Shown: positions 29,612-39,168 of the stretch, in pieces
Layout of the letters: each line of letters opens with the position of its first letter
Position numbering within the stretch: the first letter of the stretch is position 1
Assembly (NCBI GenBank): GCA_965205505.1
Contig: CBDBHB010000008.1
Location: 1,120,001-1,184,000, forward strand
Length of the DNA stretch: 64,000 nt
From: Acidobacteriota bacterium
GTDB taxonomy: Bacteria; Acidobacteriota; UBA890; WLXD01
Direction of reading: 5' to 3'
Made by a program: the position numbers and the translations under genes
Notes under the pieces: generated by a model
Seen by the model: only the letters and a program-made list of their open reading frames with translations
Database searches by the model: none
Told to the model about the DNA's origin: nothing

Positions 29612-31540
29612 ATGAGAGATCGGGATCTTCAGCTGGGAATGTGCCGGGAGATCACCCGTCGCGATTTCGTCTCCGGTATCAGCGTAGCGCTGAGCGGCAG
29701 CCTGGCGCTGCCGTGGGCGCAGACGGACGCCCTGGCGAGCCCCGGGTCTTCGGGGCGGAGCCCGCAGGCCATGGCGGCCGCGTATCCACCGATCCGGACC
29801 GGCATGCGCGGCAGTCACGAAGGCTCCTACGAGGTTGCTCATCAGCTTCGAGATGGCGTGCGCTGGTACAATCCGGAGGAGACCGGTGAGCTCTACGACC
29901 TGATCGTGGTCGGTGGCGGCATCAGTGGCCTCGCATCGGCATGGTTTTTCAGAGAAGCCGTTCCCGGGGCGCGCATCCTGATTCTCGACAACCACGACGA
30001 CTTCGGCGGTCATGCCAAGCGCAACGAGTTCTGGCACGAAGGTCAGATGGAGCTGTCGCATGGCGGCACCATCTTCATCTCCAACTTACACCGGTACAGT
30101 GCGGCAGCCCAGCGCCTGATCCGCGGGATCGGCATCGACGTGAGCCGCTACTCCGAGTTCCTCGATGAGGACCTGTACAGCTCGCTCGGTATGCGCGGGT
30201 CGGTCTTCTTCGACCGCGAAACCTTCGGCACCGATCGGCTGCTGACGGGCGAAGGCAAGCCCTCCTGGCGCGAGTTTCTGGCGCACGCACCCTTGTCCGA
30301 GGCGGCCCGTGAGGACCTTGTACGACTACACGAATCGGACGTCGATTATCTGGCGCACCTCAGCTTGGAGGAGAAGGTCGAGTACCTTCAGCACACGAGC
30401 TACGAAGACTTTCTCTTGCAGGCAGTCAAGATCAGCCCGGAGGCGGTCTCCTTCCTCGAGACGTCCAACGGCTGGGCGATCGGCATCGATGCCATCTCAG
30501 CCTGGACCGGCGCCGGCAGCCGGCCCGGAACCACCGGGCTCGGATTCGGTAACAACGATGAGGGCGCCGAAACCACCGAGGAGCGGGCGTTCTTTCAGTT
30601 CCCGGATGGCAACTCTTCCGTCGCGCGCCTGCTCGTCCGGTCGCTGATCCCCGACGTCGCTCCAGGCACCACGATGGAGGATGTCGTCGCGGCCAGATTC
30701 GACTACGGCAAGCTCGATCGGGAAGACTCGCCCGTGCGCGTGCGTCTGGAGAGCACGGCGGTGCGGGTGGGCCACCGTGGCGACCCGCAGACCGCCGAAG
30801 AAGTCGAGGTCACCTACGTCCGCCACGGCCGCGCCCAACGAGTTCGCGCCGGCCGCTGTGTGCTTGCCTGCTACAACGCGGTCATTCCTCACATTTGCGA
30901 CGAGCTGCCGGATACGCAAGAGCATGCGCTATCGAACGCTCTCAAGGCGCCCCTTATCTACACCAATGTCCTGATCCGCAACTGGACCGCCTTCCAGAAG
31001 CTCGGCACGCACGAGGTGCGCTGCCCGGGCAGTTATTTCGACAATGTAAATCTGACGCCGCCGATCAGCATTGGAGGCTACCGACATGCGCGCACGCCCG
31101 ACGAGCCCACCGTGGTGCGCATGTGGCGCGCCCCCCTGGTGCCCGAGGCCCGCGGGCGGTCCGCGGCGGAGCAATGGAAGGCCGCCCGCCGGAGCCTGGT
31201 GACGACGACGTTCGAGACCTTCGAGCGCAAGATCAGGGATCAGCTCGGCCGCATACTCTCCGCCGGTGGCTTCGACCCGGCGCGCGATATCGAGGCGATC
31301 ACTGTGAACCGCTGGCCGCACGGTTATGCCTACGGCCACGATCTGGAGACCGGCCAGATCGCATGGAGGCTCGATGAGATACCGCCCGAGCGCTCTTCGT
31401 GGATCGTTGCCCGCCAGCCTGTCGGCCGCATCGCCATCGCCAACTCGGACGCGATGGCCGACGCAATGACCGAAGGTGCGATCGGCGCGGCGCATCTGGC
31501 CGTCGAGGCGCTCGTTGCCCCCGAGACAACGCCATTGTGA
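29612..31540 (+). CDS. Tat-exported FAD-dependent oxidoreductase, spermidine dehydrogenase (SpdH)-like, copy 1
   Basis: ITRRDFVSG; YPPIRTGMRGSH; VVGGGISGL; DNHDDFGGHAKRNEF; FPDGN; ITVNRWPHGYAY; IAIANSD. Confidence 0.85.
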   Translation: MRDRDLQLGMCREITRRDFVSGISVALSGSLALPWAQTDALASPGSSGRSPQAMAAAYPPIRTGMRGSHEGSYEVAHQLRDGVRWYNPEETGELYDLIVVGGGISGLASAWFFREAVPGARILILDNHDDFGGHAKRNEFWHEGQMELSHGGTIFISNLHRYSAAAQRLIRGIGIDVSRYSEFLDEDLYSSLGMRGSVFFDRETFGTDRLLTGEGKPSWREFLAHAPLSEAAREDLVRLHESDVDYLAHLSLEEKVEYLQHTSYEDFLLQAVKISPEAVSFLETSNGWAIGIDAISAWTGAGSRPGTTGLGFGNNDEGAETTEERAFFQFPDGNSSVARLLVRSLIPDVAPGTTMEDVVAARFDYGKLDREDSPVRVRLESTAVRVGHRGDPQTAEEVEVTYVRHGRAQRVRAGRCVLACYNAVIPHICDELPDTQEHALSNALKAPLIYTNVLIRNWTAFQKLGTHEVRCPGSYFDNVNLTPPISIGGYRHARTPDEPTVVRMWRAPLVPEARGRSAAEQWKAARRSLVTTTFETFERKIRDQLGRILSAGGFDPARDIEAITVNRWPHGYAYGHDLETGQIAWRLDEIPPERSSWIVARQPVGRIAIANSDAMADAMTEGAIGAAHLAVEALVAPETTPL

Positions 31541-31568
31541 TCACGGGCTGGCTCACCCCCCGCGTAGG

Positions 31569-31880
31569 CTACCGCTGGTAGACAATCTCGCCACCGAGGA
31601 TTGTGGCATCGACCCCGACGTCGAACATCTCCGCGCCCTGCAACTGCGTCGGGTCTGCCGACAGCACTGCGAAGTCCCCGAGCTTACCCACCGCAATCGA
31701 GCCCTTCTCGCGCTCCTCGAAGCCAGCGCGGGCCGCCCAGATAGTGTGCATCCGCAGGGCGTCCTCGAAGCCGAGCTCCTCGCCCGGCGGCGTGCCGCCG
31801 CCGTCCTCCGGCGAGGCCATCAACGAGGCGATTGCCCCATGGGACTGAACACCGGCACCGTGCCGGTGGCGTCCGAGATC
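31569..31880 (-). pseudogene. 3' remnant of an amidohydrolase paralogous to 13415..15067
   Basis: DATGTVP (frameshift)...EDALRMHTIWAARAGFEEREKGSIAVGKLGDFAVL...ATILGGEIVYQR; no 5' part. Confidence 0.8.
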
Positions 31881-32006
31881 GCCTACGGATCATTCCATAT
31901 CTTGGTCATGCGCTCCACCTCGTCGCTCTCATTCATGGGTAACCGTGGGCGGATCGAACCTTGTCGCGGGATCCCGGGCCGATCCTCACGCCGATCGAAC
32001 TGCCAG

Positions 32007-32159
32007 GAGGGCACGGGATTGCAGCTCATGATGGGCGGTAGCCATCGTTGGCGCAGCGAATCCCTTGAGGAGCTCAACGGTCGGTGATTGACTCCAGGCG
32101 TCCAGATACTGACCAGCCAACAAAGTGACTCGACAAGGGTCATCTTCGGAAACTCCGGG
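32007..32159 (+). promoter_or_regulatory. ~150-nt leader element, copy 2, directly upstream of CDS 32169
   Basis: Homologous to the reverse complement of 5586..5734. Confidence 0.55.
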
Positions 32160-32168
32160 AGGTAGACA

Positions 32169-33980
32169 ATGGCAGGCGGATCGATGACGGAAACCAGGCC
32201 CCGTCTGTTGATCGCTCTGCTGGCGAGCCTGAGCGTATCGGCTTGTCAGCCGTCAGCGCAGGACGCGTCGCCAGGCGATGCTGGCGGTCCTGCCGATTTG
32301 GTCTTGCGCGGCGGTAAGTTTTTTACCCTCGACGAAGCCCAGGTCTGGGCGGAAGCCGTCGCGATCCAGGACGGCAGGTTCGTCTACGTCGGCGACGACG
32401 CTGGTGTACAGAGCTTCGTTGGCCCCGATACCGATCGCCATGATCTCAGCGGCAGGCTGACGATTCCCGGTCTGGTGGATTCCCATACACACCCGGGCCT
32501 GATGGGGCGGGAGTCGGCCGGGTACATCGCCGTCCCCGTGGGTGGTGGTCCGAGAGGGAGTCTGCCCAGGCGCGGGAACAACGAGGAGGTCGTCGCCGCG
32601 GTGCAGGCGTATGCCCAGGCCAACCCGGACCTTGCCTGGATCGAGATGGGTAGCTGGTCCGGGCATGTCTACGGCAAAGCGGGCCCACACAGGAGAGATT
32701 TGGATCGCGTCGTACCGGATCGACCGGTGATGCTGGGGGACGACACCGGCCATAGCGTTTGGGTCAATTCCGTGGCGCTCGAGTTGATGGGGGTCGACAG
32801 GAACACACCCGATCCGGTACCCGGTCTTTCGATGTTCGTACGGGATGCCGATGGGGAGCCCACCGGCTGGATCAAGGAGTTCGCCGCCTGGCCCTATGCG
32901 CGGCCCATTGCTGCTGAAGTCGACGCGGAGTCCAACAAGGAAGGTATCGCCACCTTCTTGGAGTACCTGTCACGTCTCGGCGTTACCACACTCTTGGACG
33001 CTGGCAACTTCAACTACCACGATCTCACGTACTCGCTGGTGGCTGAGCTAGAGGCGGCCGGTCGTCTGCCGGTTCGCTACGAGGCCAGCTATCACATCAT
33101 CTTGCCCGATCAGGTGCCCGGTGCGATCGATGAGCTACAGCGGCTGCGGCGCGCCTACGGCGGCGAACGTCTGACGTTCAACACCATCAAGATTCACTTC
33201 GACGGCACCGACGAGCTTCGTACCGGAGCGGTGCTCGAGCCTTTCAGCGACGACCCGGGCAACCGGGGCACTACGCTGCTCGACACCGAGGAGATGAGTG
33301 ATTTCATCGTCCGGCTTCACGAAGCCAGGATCGATCTGCACTTGCACATCATGGCCGACCGGGGCGTTCGCATCGCGCTGGATGCCGTGGAGGAAGCGCA
33401 GAGGTCGATCGACGGCGACCTCTATCCGCGCGTCACCATCTGCCACCTGGACATCATCGATACGGCTGACTACCCCCGTTTCAAACAGCTGGGTGTCATT
33501 GCCAACTACACGCCTCAATGGCACGGCCTGGGAGACCGACTGCCGTTGACCGCCACTACCCTTGGCGACCGCTTCGAGAGGATGCTGCTGGTCCAGCCGT
33601 TACTGGATGACGGCGCGGTCGTGACCTTCTCCAGCGACGTGACATCGCTGCGGGGCATGGAGCGGGCCAACCCGTATCTGGGGATGCAGATCGGCCACAA
33701 CCGCCAATATCACGAACAAGGTGATGCCGCGCCGATCAGGCTGCCGATGACCGAACGCCTGGACCTGGAGGACTTGATCAAGGGATACACGTCGAGCGGC
33801 GCCTATCAGCTCCGTATGGAGGACCAGCTCGGCTCGATCGAGGTGGGCAAGCTCGCCGATCTGGTCGTGCTCGATCGGAACGTGTTCGAAGTGGACCGTT
33901 ACGAGATCCACACGGTGCGACCCGAAGCGGTCTTCATGGAGGGCGAGATCATTAGCGGAAGCTCAGATGCGTGGAGATAA
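32169..33980 (+). CDS. Amidohydrolase (Amidohydro_3/YtcJ-like) lipoprotein
   Basis: Lipobox VSAC; PGLVDSHTH; IKIHFDG; GSIEVGKLADLVVLD. Confidence 0.9.
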   Translation: MAGGSMTETRPRLLIALLASLSVSACQPSAQDASPGDAGGPADLVLRGGKFFTLDEAQVWAEAVAIQDGRFVYVGDDAGVQSFVGPDTDRHDLSGRLTIPGLVDSHTHPGLMGRESAGYIAVPVGGGPRGSLPRRGNNEEVVAAVQAYAQANPDLAWIEMGSWSGHVYGKAGPHRRDLDRVVPDRPVMLGDDTGHSVWVNSVALELMGVDRNTPDPVPGLSMFVRDADGEPTGWIKEFAAWPYARPIAAEVDAESNKEGIATFLEYLSRLGVTTLLDAGNFNYHDLTYSLVAELEAAGRLPVRYEASYHIILPDQVPGAIDELQRLRRAYGGERLTFNTIKIHFDGTDELRTGAVLEPFSDDPGNRGTTLLDTEEMSDFIVRLHEARIDLHLHIMADRGVRIALDAVEEAQRSIDGDLYPRVTICHLDIIDTADYPRFKQLGVIANYTPQWHGLGDRLPLTATTLGDRFERMLLVQPLLDDGAVVTFSSDVTSLRGMERANPYLGMQIGHNRQYHEQGDAAPIRLPMTERLDLEDLIKGYTSSGAYQLRMEDQLGSIEVGKLADLVVLDRNVFEVDRYEIHTVRPEAVFMEGEIISGSSDAWR

Positions 33981-36120
33981 TCCCGGGATGAACCGATCCA
34001 AGCTTGGCGCCGCGGCCATCGCCGCTGTTGTCGCGGTGACGGTCCTCGGCTTCGTGTTTCAGGAAGTCTCGCTGGGCGGCACCCTGCGGCGCCAGGAGAC
34101 AGCTGCCGAGGGCATCGGCAGCGTCGACGGTGCCCGCATCGCTCGGGCCGACGAGGAACCGGGGAACTGGTTCACCGGCGGCCGTACGTTCTCCGAGCAA
34201 CGGTTCTCGCCGTTGGTCCAGATCCACCAGGACAACGTAGGCGCGCTCGGCTTCGCCTGGGAATACGACCTGCGGACCAAGCGGCCGCTCGAGGCCTCGC
34301 CGGTCGTCATCGACGGTGTCCTGTACGCCAGCAGCCCCTGGGGCCGCGTTGACGCCCTGGACGCGGCGACGGGTGAGGAGCTCTGGAGCTACGATCCGCA
34401 GGTGCCCGGCAGCTGGGCTCGCAAGGCGTGTTGTGGCGTGGTCAACCGCGGCTTGGCGGCCTGGAAGGGCTCCATATACGTCGCTTCCCTCGACGGTCGG
34501 CTCGTCCGACTGGACGCCCGCACAGGTGAGCCGCTTTGGGAGCAGGATACGCTGATCGATCGGGACCGTGACTACACCATCACCAGCGCCCCTCGCGTCG
34601 TGCGGGATCGCGTCGTCATCGGCAACAGCGGCGCCGAGTACGGGGTGCGCGGCTACGTCACCGCTTACGACGTCGAGTCGGGCGAGCTGGCGTGGCGCTT
34701 CTATACCGTACCGGGCGATCCCGACCTGCCCTTCGAGCATCCCGAGATGGAGATGGCGGCGGCCACTTGGGACCCCGACTCGCTGTGGGAGTTCGGTGGC
34801 GGCGGCACCGTATGGGGCGACATGGCCTACGACCCCGAGCTGAACTTGCTGTACGTGGGAACGGGGAACGCCTCGCCTTACCCCGTGGCGACCAGGAGCC
34901 CGGCCGGCGGGGACAACCTGTTTCTCGCATCGATTCTGGCCATCAACCCGGACACGGGTCGACTCGCGTGGCACTACCAGACGACGCCTGGAGAGAATTG
35001 GGACTACACGGCGACACAGAACCTGATTCTGGCCGACCTGGATATCGATGGGCGCCAGCGAAAGGTCATCATGCAGGCGCCGAAGAACGGTTTCTTCTAT
35101 GTGATCGACCGGCGCACCGGCGAGCTGATGTCAGCGGAACCGTACGTCACAGTGAACTGGGCCAGCCACGTGGATCTCGCCACCGGCCGTCCGGTACAGG
35201 TGCCGGCTGGCGACTATGCCGATGAACCGAAGACCGTCAGCCCCTCCTGGTGGGGTGGGCACAACTGGCATCCGATGGCGTTCAGTCCGACGACGGGGCT
35301 CGTGTACGTTCCGACGATCGAGTGGCCGACCACCTTCGAGCGCGTGCCCGACCCCGTCTACAGCCCGGGCCAGCAAATCACGGGAGTCAGGACCCAGGGT
35401 GGGTCGTTTCCCTACGACGCGCCCGTAGAGGATGAGCCCCACGCCCTCAAGGCCTGGGACCCGGTGGCCAACCGCGAGGTCTGGCGCGTGAGCTACCGGT
35501 TTCCCTACAACGGCGGCGTGCTGACCACAGCCGGCAACCTGGTGTTCCAGGGGACGGTCGACGGTCGACTGAAGGCCTATGCCGCCGACAGCGGGGCAGA
35601 GTTGCTGGACATCGAGGTCGGCACCAGCATCATGGCGGCGCCGGTGGCGTACCTCGTGGACGGTATCCAGCACATTGCGGTGCTGGCCGGCTACGGCGGT
35701 GGCTCGAGCGCCCGGGCGTTCCCGGAGGGCTCGGCGGCGATCGAGCGCGGCAATGCGGGGCGCATCATCGCGTTCAAGCTCGGCGGCGGGCCAGTGCCGC
35801 TGCCGCCGGTCGTTGATCCCCGCCCCGAAATCCCGCTACCGCCTCGCCCGGACGCTTCCCCTGAAACGCTCGCGGAGGGCCAGCAGCTCTACCGCCGCTA
35901 TTGCGCCGATTGCCATCGAATCGATGACCAGCCGACGATAGCGCCCAATCTGTTGCGCATGGACGCCGCCGCTCACGACGGGTTCGAGAGAATTGTTGTC
36001 GAGGGGCTCCTCGAAGCCAACGGCATGCCCGACTTCGGCCAGGATCTCACCGCAGACGAGGTCGAGGCCATTCACGCGTTTCTTGTCGAGACTGCCCACG
36101 AGGTACGCGGCGCCGACTGA
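33967..36120 (+). CDS. Quinohemoprotein (type II PQQ-dependent) alcohol dehydrogenase with C-terminal cytochrome c
   Basis: ACCGVVNRG, GAEYGVRGY, WDYTA, QAPKNGFFYV, GGHNWHPM; C-terminal CADCH...MP. Confidence 0.92.
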   Translation: MRGDNPGMNRSKLGAAAIAAVVAVTVLGFVFQEVSLGGTLRRQETAAEGIGSVDGARIARADEEPGNWFTGGRTFSEQRFSPLVQIHQDNVGALGFAWEYDLRTKRPLEASPVVIDGVLYASSPWGRVDALDAATGEELWSYDPQVPGSWARKACCGVVNRGLAAWKGSIYVASLDGRLVRLDARTGEPLWEQDTLIDRDRDYTITSAPRVVRDRVVIGNSGAEYGVRGYVTAYDVESGELAWRFYTVPGDPDLPFEHPEMEMAAATWDPDSLWEFGGGGTVWGDMAYDPELNLLYVGTGNASPYPVATRSPAGGDNLFLASILAINPDTGRLAWHYQTTPGENWDYTATQNLILADLDIDGRQRKVIMQAPKNGFFYVIDRRTGELMSAEPYVTVNWASHVDLATGRPVQVPAGDYADEPKTVSPSWWGGHNWHPMAFSPTTGLVYVPTIEWPTTFERVPDPVYSPGQQITGVRTQGGSFPYDAPVEDEPHALKAWDPVANREVWRVSYRFPYNGGVLTTAGNLVFQGTVDGRLKAYAADSGAELLDIEVGTSIMAAPVAYLVDGIQHIAVLAGYGGGSSARAFPEGSAAIERGNAGRIIAFKLGGGPVPLPPVVDPRPEIPLPPRPDASPETLAEGQQLYRRYCADCHRIDDQPTIAPNLLRMDAAAHDGFERIVVEGLLEANGMPDFGQDLTADEVEAIHAFLVETAHEVRGAD

Positions 36121-36259
36121 GACTCCAAGCGTAGAACCTACCTCCTGAATCTCAGTGCATCATCGTGGCAAGGTCGCCGATCTGGAGTTGCCACCCATGA
36201 AGTACCCGAAACGGAGCCAAAAGAGCAGACGACGTACAAGCCAATCCGCACAACCATCG

Positions 36260-38692
36260 TCAGCGTTGTGTCCCGTCTCGGAGCTGCATCCCAAGGCGCG
36301 CGTGCTGGTTGGAGAGCTCGTTTCTGCCGAGTCGATTGTAGATATCCGCCAGCAAGAGATGCCCTAGCACCTGGTCCTGCCTGGTCACTTCTTGCGGCAC
36401 CCCGCTCGCAGTCGCCGACTCGAGTCGCTCCAGCGCCCCCTCGACGAGCGACACGGCCTCGTCGAGGCGCTCGTTCTTCACCAGGTAGATACGGGCGAGG
36501 AAAAGGCGCCCACTGGTGGACTGCGGGTCGATCTCGAGGGTCAGACGCAGGTAGCGCTCCTCCTCGACGAGGTCGCCGCGGTTGCGAAAGATGACGCTGA
36601 GGTTGAAGGCGGCCCTGCCGTTGCGCGGCGAGATCTCGAGCTCGCGGCGGTAGGCTCCGATCGCCTCGTCCGGCTGTTGCCGGGTCTGGAACAGCAAGGC
36701 ACGTTGGAAGTGCAGATCGGCGATGCTCTCGTTGAAGCCGCGCGCCAGGTTCAGGTGTTCCTCCGCCATGCTCAGGCGGTTGCTGGCCAGCTGCACGGCC
36801 CCGAGCCCGACATGCGCGGCGGCCATGATGTTGTTCGCCGGAGCATCCTCGTTGAGGCGCAACGCCTCGTTGAAATAGGTCGCCGCCTCGGTGTAGGAGC
36901 GCCTGGCCTGCTTGATGCGCCCGAGGCTGATGTACAGCCGGGCATCCTGGACCGCCCGGCGCCCCCCCGGCTCCAGGACGCCAATGAAGTCCAGCAACAC
37001 CTTCTCGGCCTCGTCCAACCGACCGGACTTCCTCTGCGTGCTGGTAAGAAAGAGCACCAGGGCCGCATCCTCGGGCCTCATAGAGAGTGCGGTCTCGAAG
37101 GCCTCGATCGCTTCGTCGTAGCGGAGCTGCTCGACGAGCAGGTTGCCGAGCGACTGGTGTGCATCGACTACTCCGGCATCCGCGGCGATGACCCCCCGCA
37201 GGAGCAGCTCGGCCTCGGCCATCTCGTCATTGACGGTCAGACGGCGGGCCCGCAGCAGGTCGTTGTAGATCTCGATCTTGTCCCTCGGGTTGGCGCGCTC
37301 GACGTCCGGGTCGTCCGCATCGGCGCTGGCGTTGCCGATGTACCCGAGTGCGGCGAGCCGCTGGAGAGTCTCCTGGTCGAGCGTGACGGTGTCCGCCGGG
37401 TTGGCGTTCTCCTCGAGCTGCGCCACCAGCTCCTCGGCCTCCCGGCGCAGCGCCTCTGCCGTGGCGGCGCGCTCCGATGCGAGGTTCTGCTGCTCCTCAG
37501 GGTCCTGCACAAGATCGTAGAGCTCCGGCTCGGGCGAGATGATGAGCTTGTGGGTGGGCTCGAGGATCGCCTGGAGCTCGCTCCAGCCGAAATGGAGGCG
37601 CGGGTAAAAAGTCTCGGCATAGATGCGCCCGTCGGGCCAGCCCTCGACTTCGGTGTTCTGGATGAACAGTGGTACAAGGCTCCTGCCATGTACCACTTCG
37701 GGGGTCTCCAGCCCGGTCAACTCCAGCACGGTCGGCATGACGTCGATCAACGAGACCAGCTCGTGGCGCTGAACGCCCCGCGGCTCGTCGAACGGCGTGG
37801 CGATGATCAGCGGCACCCGGATGGCCGACTCATACAGCAGCAGCCCGTGCTCGTTCTCCCCGTGCTCGCCAAGGCTCTCGCCGTGATCGGCTGCCACCAC
37901 CACGTAGGTGTCGTCGGACAGACCGGAGTCGTCCAGCCAGGAGGTCAGCCGGCCCACCAAGGAGTCGGTCCAGGCGATCTCACCAACGTAGGGGTCGGCG
38001 TATCGTGACCTGAAGGGTTCGGGTGGCTCGTATGGGGTATGCGGGTCGTACAGGTGAACCCACATGAAGAACGGGGTCGTGTCGTCCTCGCCGGCCCACG
38101 CCAGGGCGGTGTCGACGACCTCGGATCCTGGGCGCTGCACGCGGCTCAGAAAGATCGCTCGCTGCTTGGGCATCTCGAAGTCGTCGAAGTACCGGTCGAA
38201 CCCCTGGGCCAGGCCCCAGCGAGAGTCTAGGACGAAGGCTCCGACGAAGGCGCCGGTGCGGTAGCCGGCCTGCTGGAAGCTCTCGGCCAGGGTCTGCAGA
38301 CCTTCCGGCGCGACGTGTACGCCGTTGTCGCGCACCCCATGGTAGGGCGGGTGGGTGCCAGTGGACAGCGACGTGTGCGAGGGCAGCGTCAGCGGCGTCG
38401 AGGCGTAGGCGCGCATGAAGGTAACGCCGCGGGCGGCAAGTGCATCGATAACAGGTGTGTCGATCTCGTCGAAGCCGTACACGCCGATACGATCGGCGCG
38501 CGTCGTGTCGAGCGTCACCAGCAGGACGTTGAGCTTGCGGTCGCCGCGGAGCTCGTCGAGGTACGCCCCCGGGGACGCTCCCGAGCCACAGCCGGTCGTC
38601 AGCAGGACGATCGCGGACACGGACGCGACGGCGGTGAGCGCTGCGATCGCACCAGGCCCCGGCATACGCCGACCGCGGTCGAAGCTCGGCAT
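36260..38692 (-). CDS. Sulfatase-like lipoprotein with TPR domain, paralog 2
   Basis: Very similar to 5918..8332 over the full length; STPLTLPSH. Confidence 0.9.
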   Translation of the reverse strand: MPSFDRGRRMPGPGAIAALTAVASVSAIVLLTTGCGSGASPGAYLDELRGDRKLNVLLVTLDTTRADRIGVYGFDEIDTPVIDALAARGVTFMRAYASTPLTLPSHTSLSTGTHPPYHGVRDNGVHVAPEGLQTLAESFQQAGYRTGAFVGAFVLDSRWGLAQGFDRYFDDFEMPKQRAIFLSRVQRPGSEVVDTALAWAGEDDTTPFFMWVHLYDPHTPYEPPEPFRSRYADPYVGEIAWTDSLVGRLTSWLDDSGLSDDTYVVVAADHGESLGEHGENEHGLLLYESAIRVPLIIATPFDEPRGVQRHELVSLIDVMPTVLELTGLETPEVVHGRSLVPLFIQNTEVEGWPDGRIYAETFYPRLHFGWSELQAILEPTHKLIISPEPELYDLVQDPEEQQNLASERAATAEALRREAEELVAQLEENANPADTVTLDQETLQRLAALGYIGNASADADDPDVERANPRDKIEIYNDLLRARRLTVNDEMAEAELLLRGVIAADAGVVDAHQSLGNLLVEQLRYDEAIEAFETALSMRPEDAALVLFLTSTQRKSGRLDEAEKVLLDFIGVLEPGGRRAVQDARLYISLGRIKQARRSYTEAATYFNEALRLNEDAPANNIMAAAHVGLGAVQLASNRLSMAEEHLNLARGFNESIADLHFQRALLFQTRQQPDEAIGAYRRELEISPRNGRAAFNLSVIFRNRGDLVEEERYLRLTLEIDPQSTSGRLFLARIYLVKNERLDEAVSLVEGALERLESATASGVPQEVTRQDQVLGHLLLADIYNRLGRNELSNQHARLGMQLRDGTQR

Positions 38693-38830
38693 CCTACTCG
38701 CCTCCATCGTCAGGGGTCGGAGCCCGCAGCCTTTGGGGATCCTCCCAGATACTAGCGCGGATTCCCCAGATGGATCATTGATCCCGACCTTCGCTGCTCA
38801 GGCAGGTGCGGCGGTACGCCGACGACGACG

Positions 38831-39151
38831 GGCACTGTCAAGTTAACTGCGCTGACTCGAGATCAGGGCCGACTGCTTGGCATCGAGCTGGCCTTTCTCA
38901 GTCAGCCGCGCGGCTGCCGTCTGTCTCACCCAGGCCGCCTTCGATCAGGGGCACCGGGCGGTTCAGGAACTGCTGACCGACGTCATCCGACCCGAGTTCC
39001 AGTTATCCCTGGGCCGAACGTACCTGAGCGACGCCTCGGTTTGAGCGGTATGAGGCCGCCTGGCCGGGCGTGAAACGCCCGGCCAGGGCAAAGGACTCGA
39101 GGTTCATGGATCGCGAGTTTGGCGCCGATTTCGAGTTAACTTGACAGTGCC
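38831..39151. mobile_element. 321-bp non-autonomous element bounded by perfect 18-bp IS6-like inverted repeats
   Basis: GGCACTGTCAAGTTAACT at 38831-38848 and AGTTAACTTGACAGTGCC at 39134-39151; no transposase; no target duplication seen. Confidence 0.7.
39059..39087. terminator. Perfect 13-bp GC-rich hairpin, terminator-like
   Basis: CCTGGCCGGGCGT-gaa-ACGCCCGGCCAGG; downstream of the TBDR2 stop (minus strand, short TTT nearby) and of the captured gene tail (plus strand). Confidence 0.55.
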
Positions 39152-39168
39152 GCTCGCGTCCATTCCAA

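Noticed and set aside
31883-31935. Short minus-strand segment (DEVERMTKIW) resembling Rieske copy 4 (DVERMMELW)
   Set aside because: About 13 identical nt, too short to exclude chance
32009-32023. Possible sigma-54 promoter GGGCACGGGATTGCA
   Set aside because: Spacing is one base off the consensus, and the GC is not conserved in the second leader copy (GATTAC)
36150-36230. MKYPKRSQ, reminiscent of an IS5-type transposase N-terminus
   Set aside because: Only about 8 codons, based on recollection alone, and no inverted repeat identified; needs BLAST
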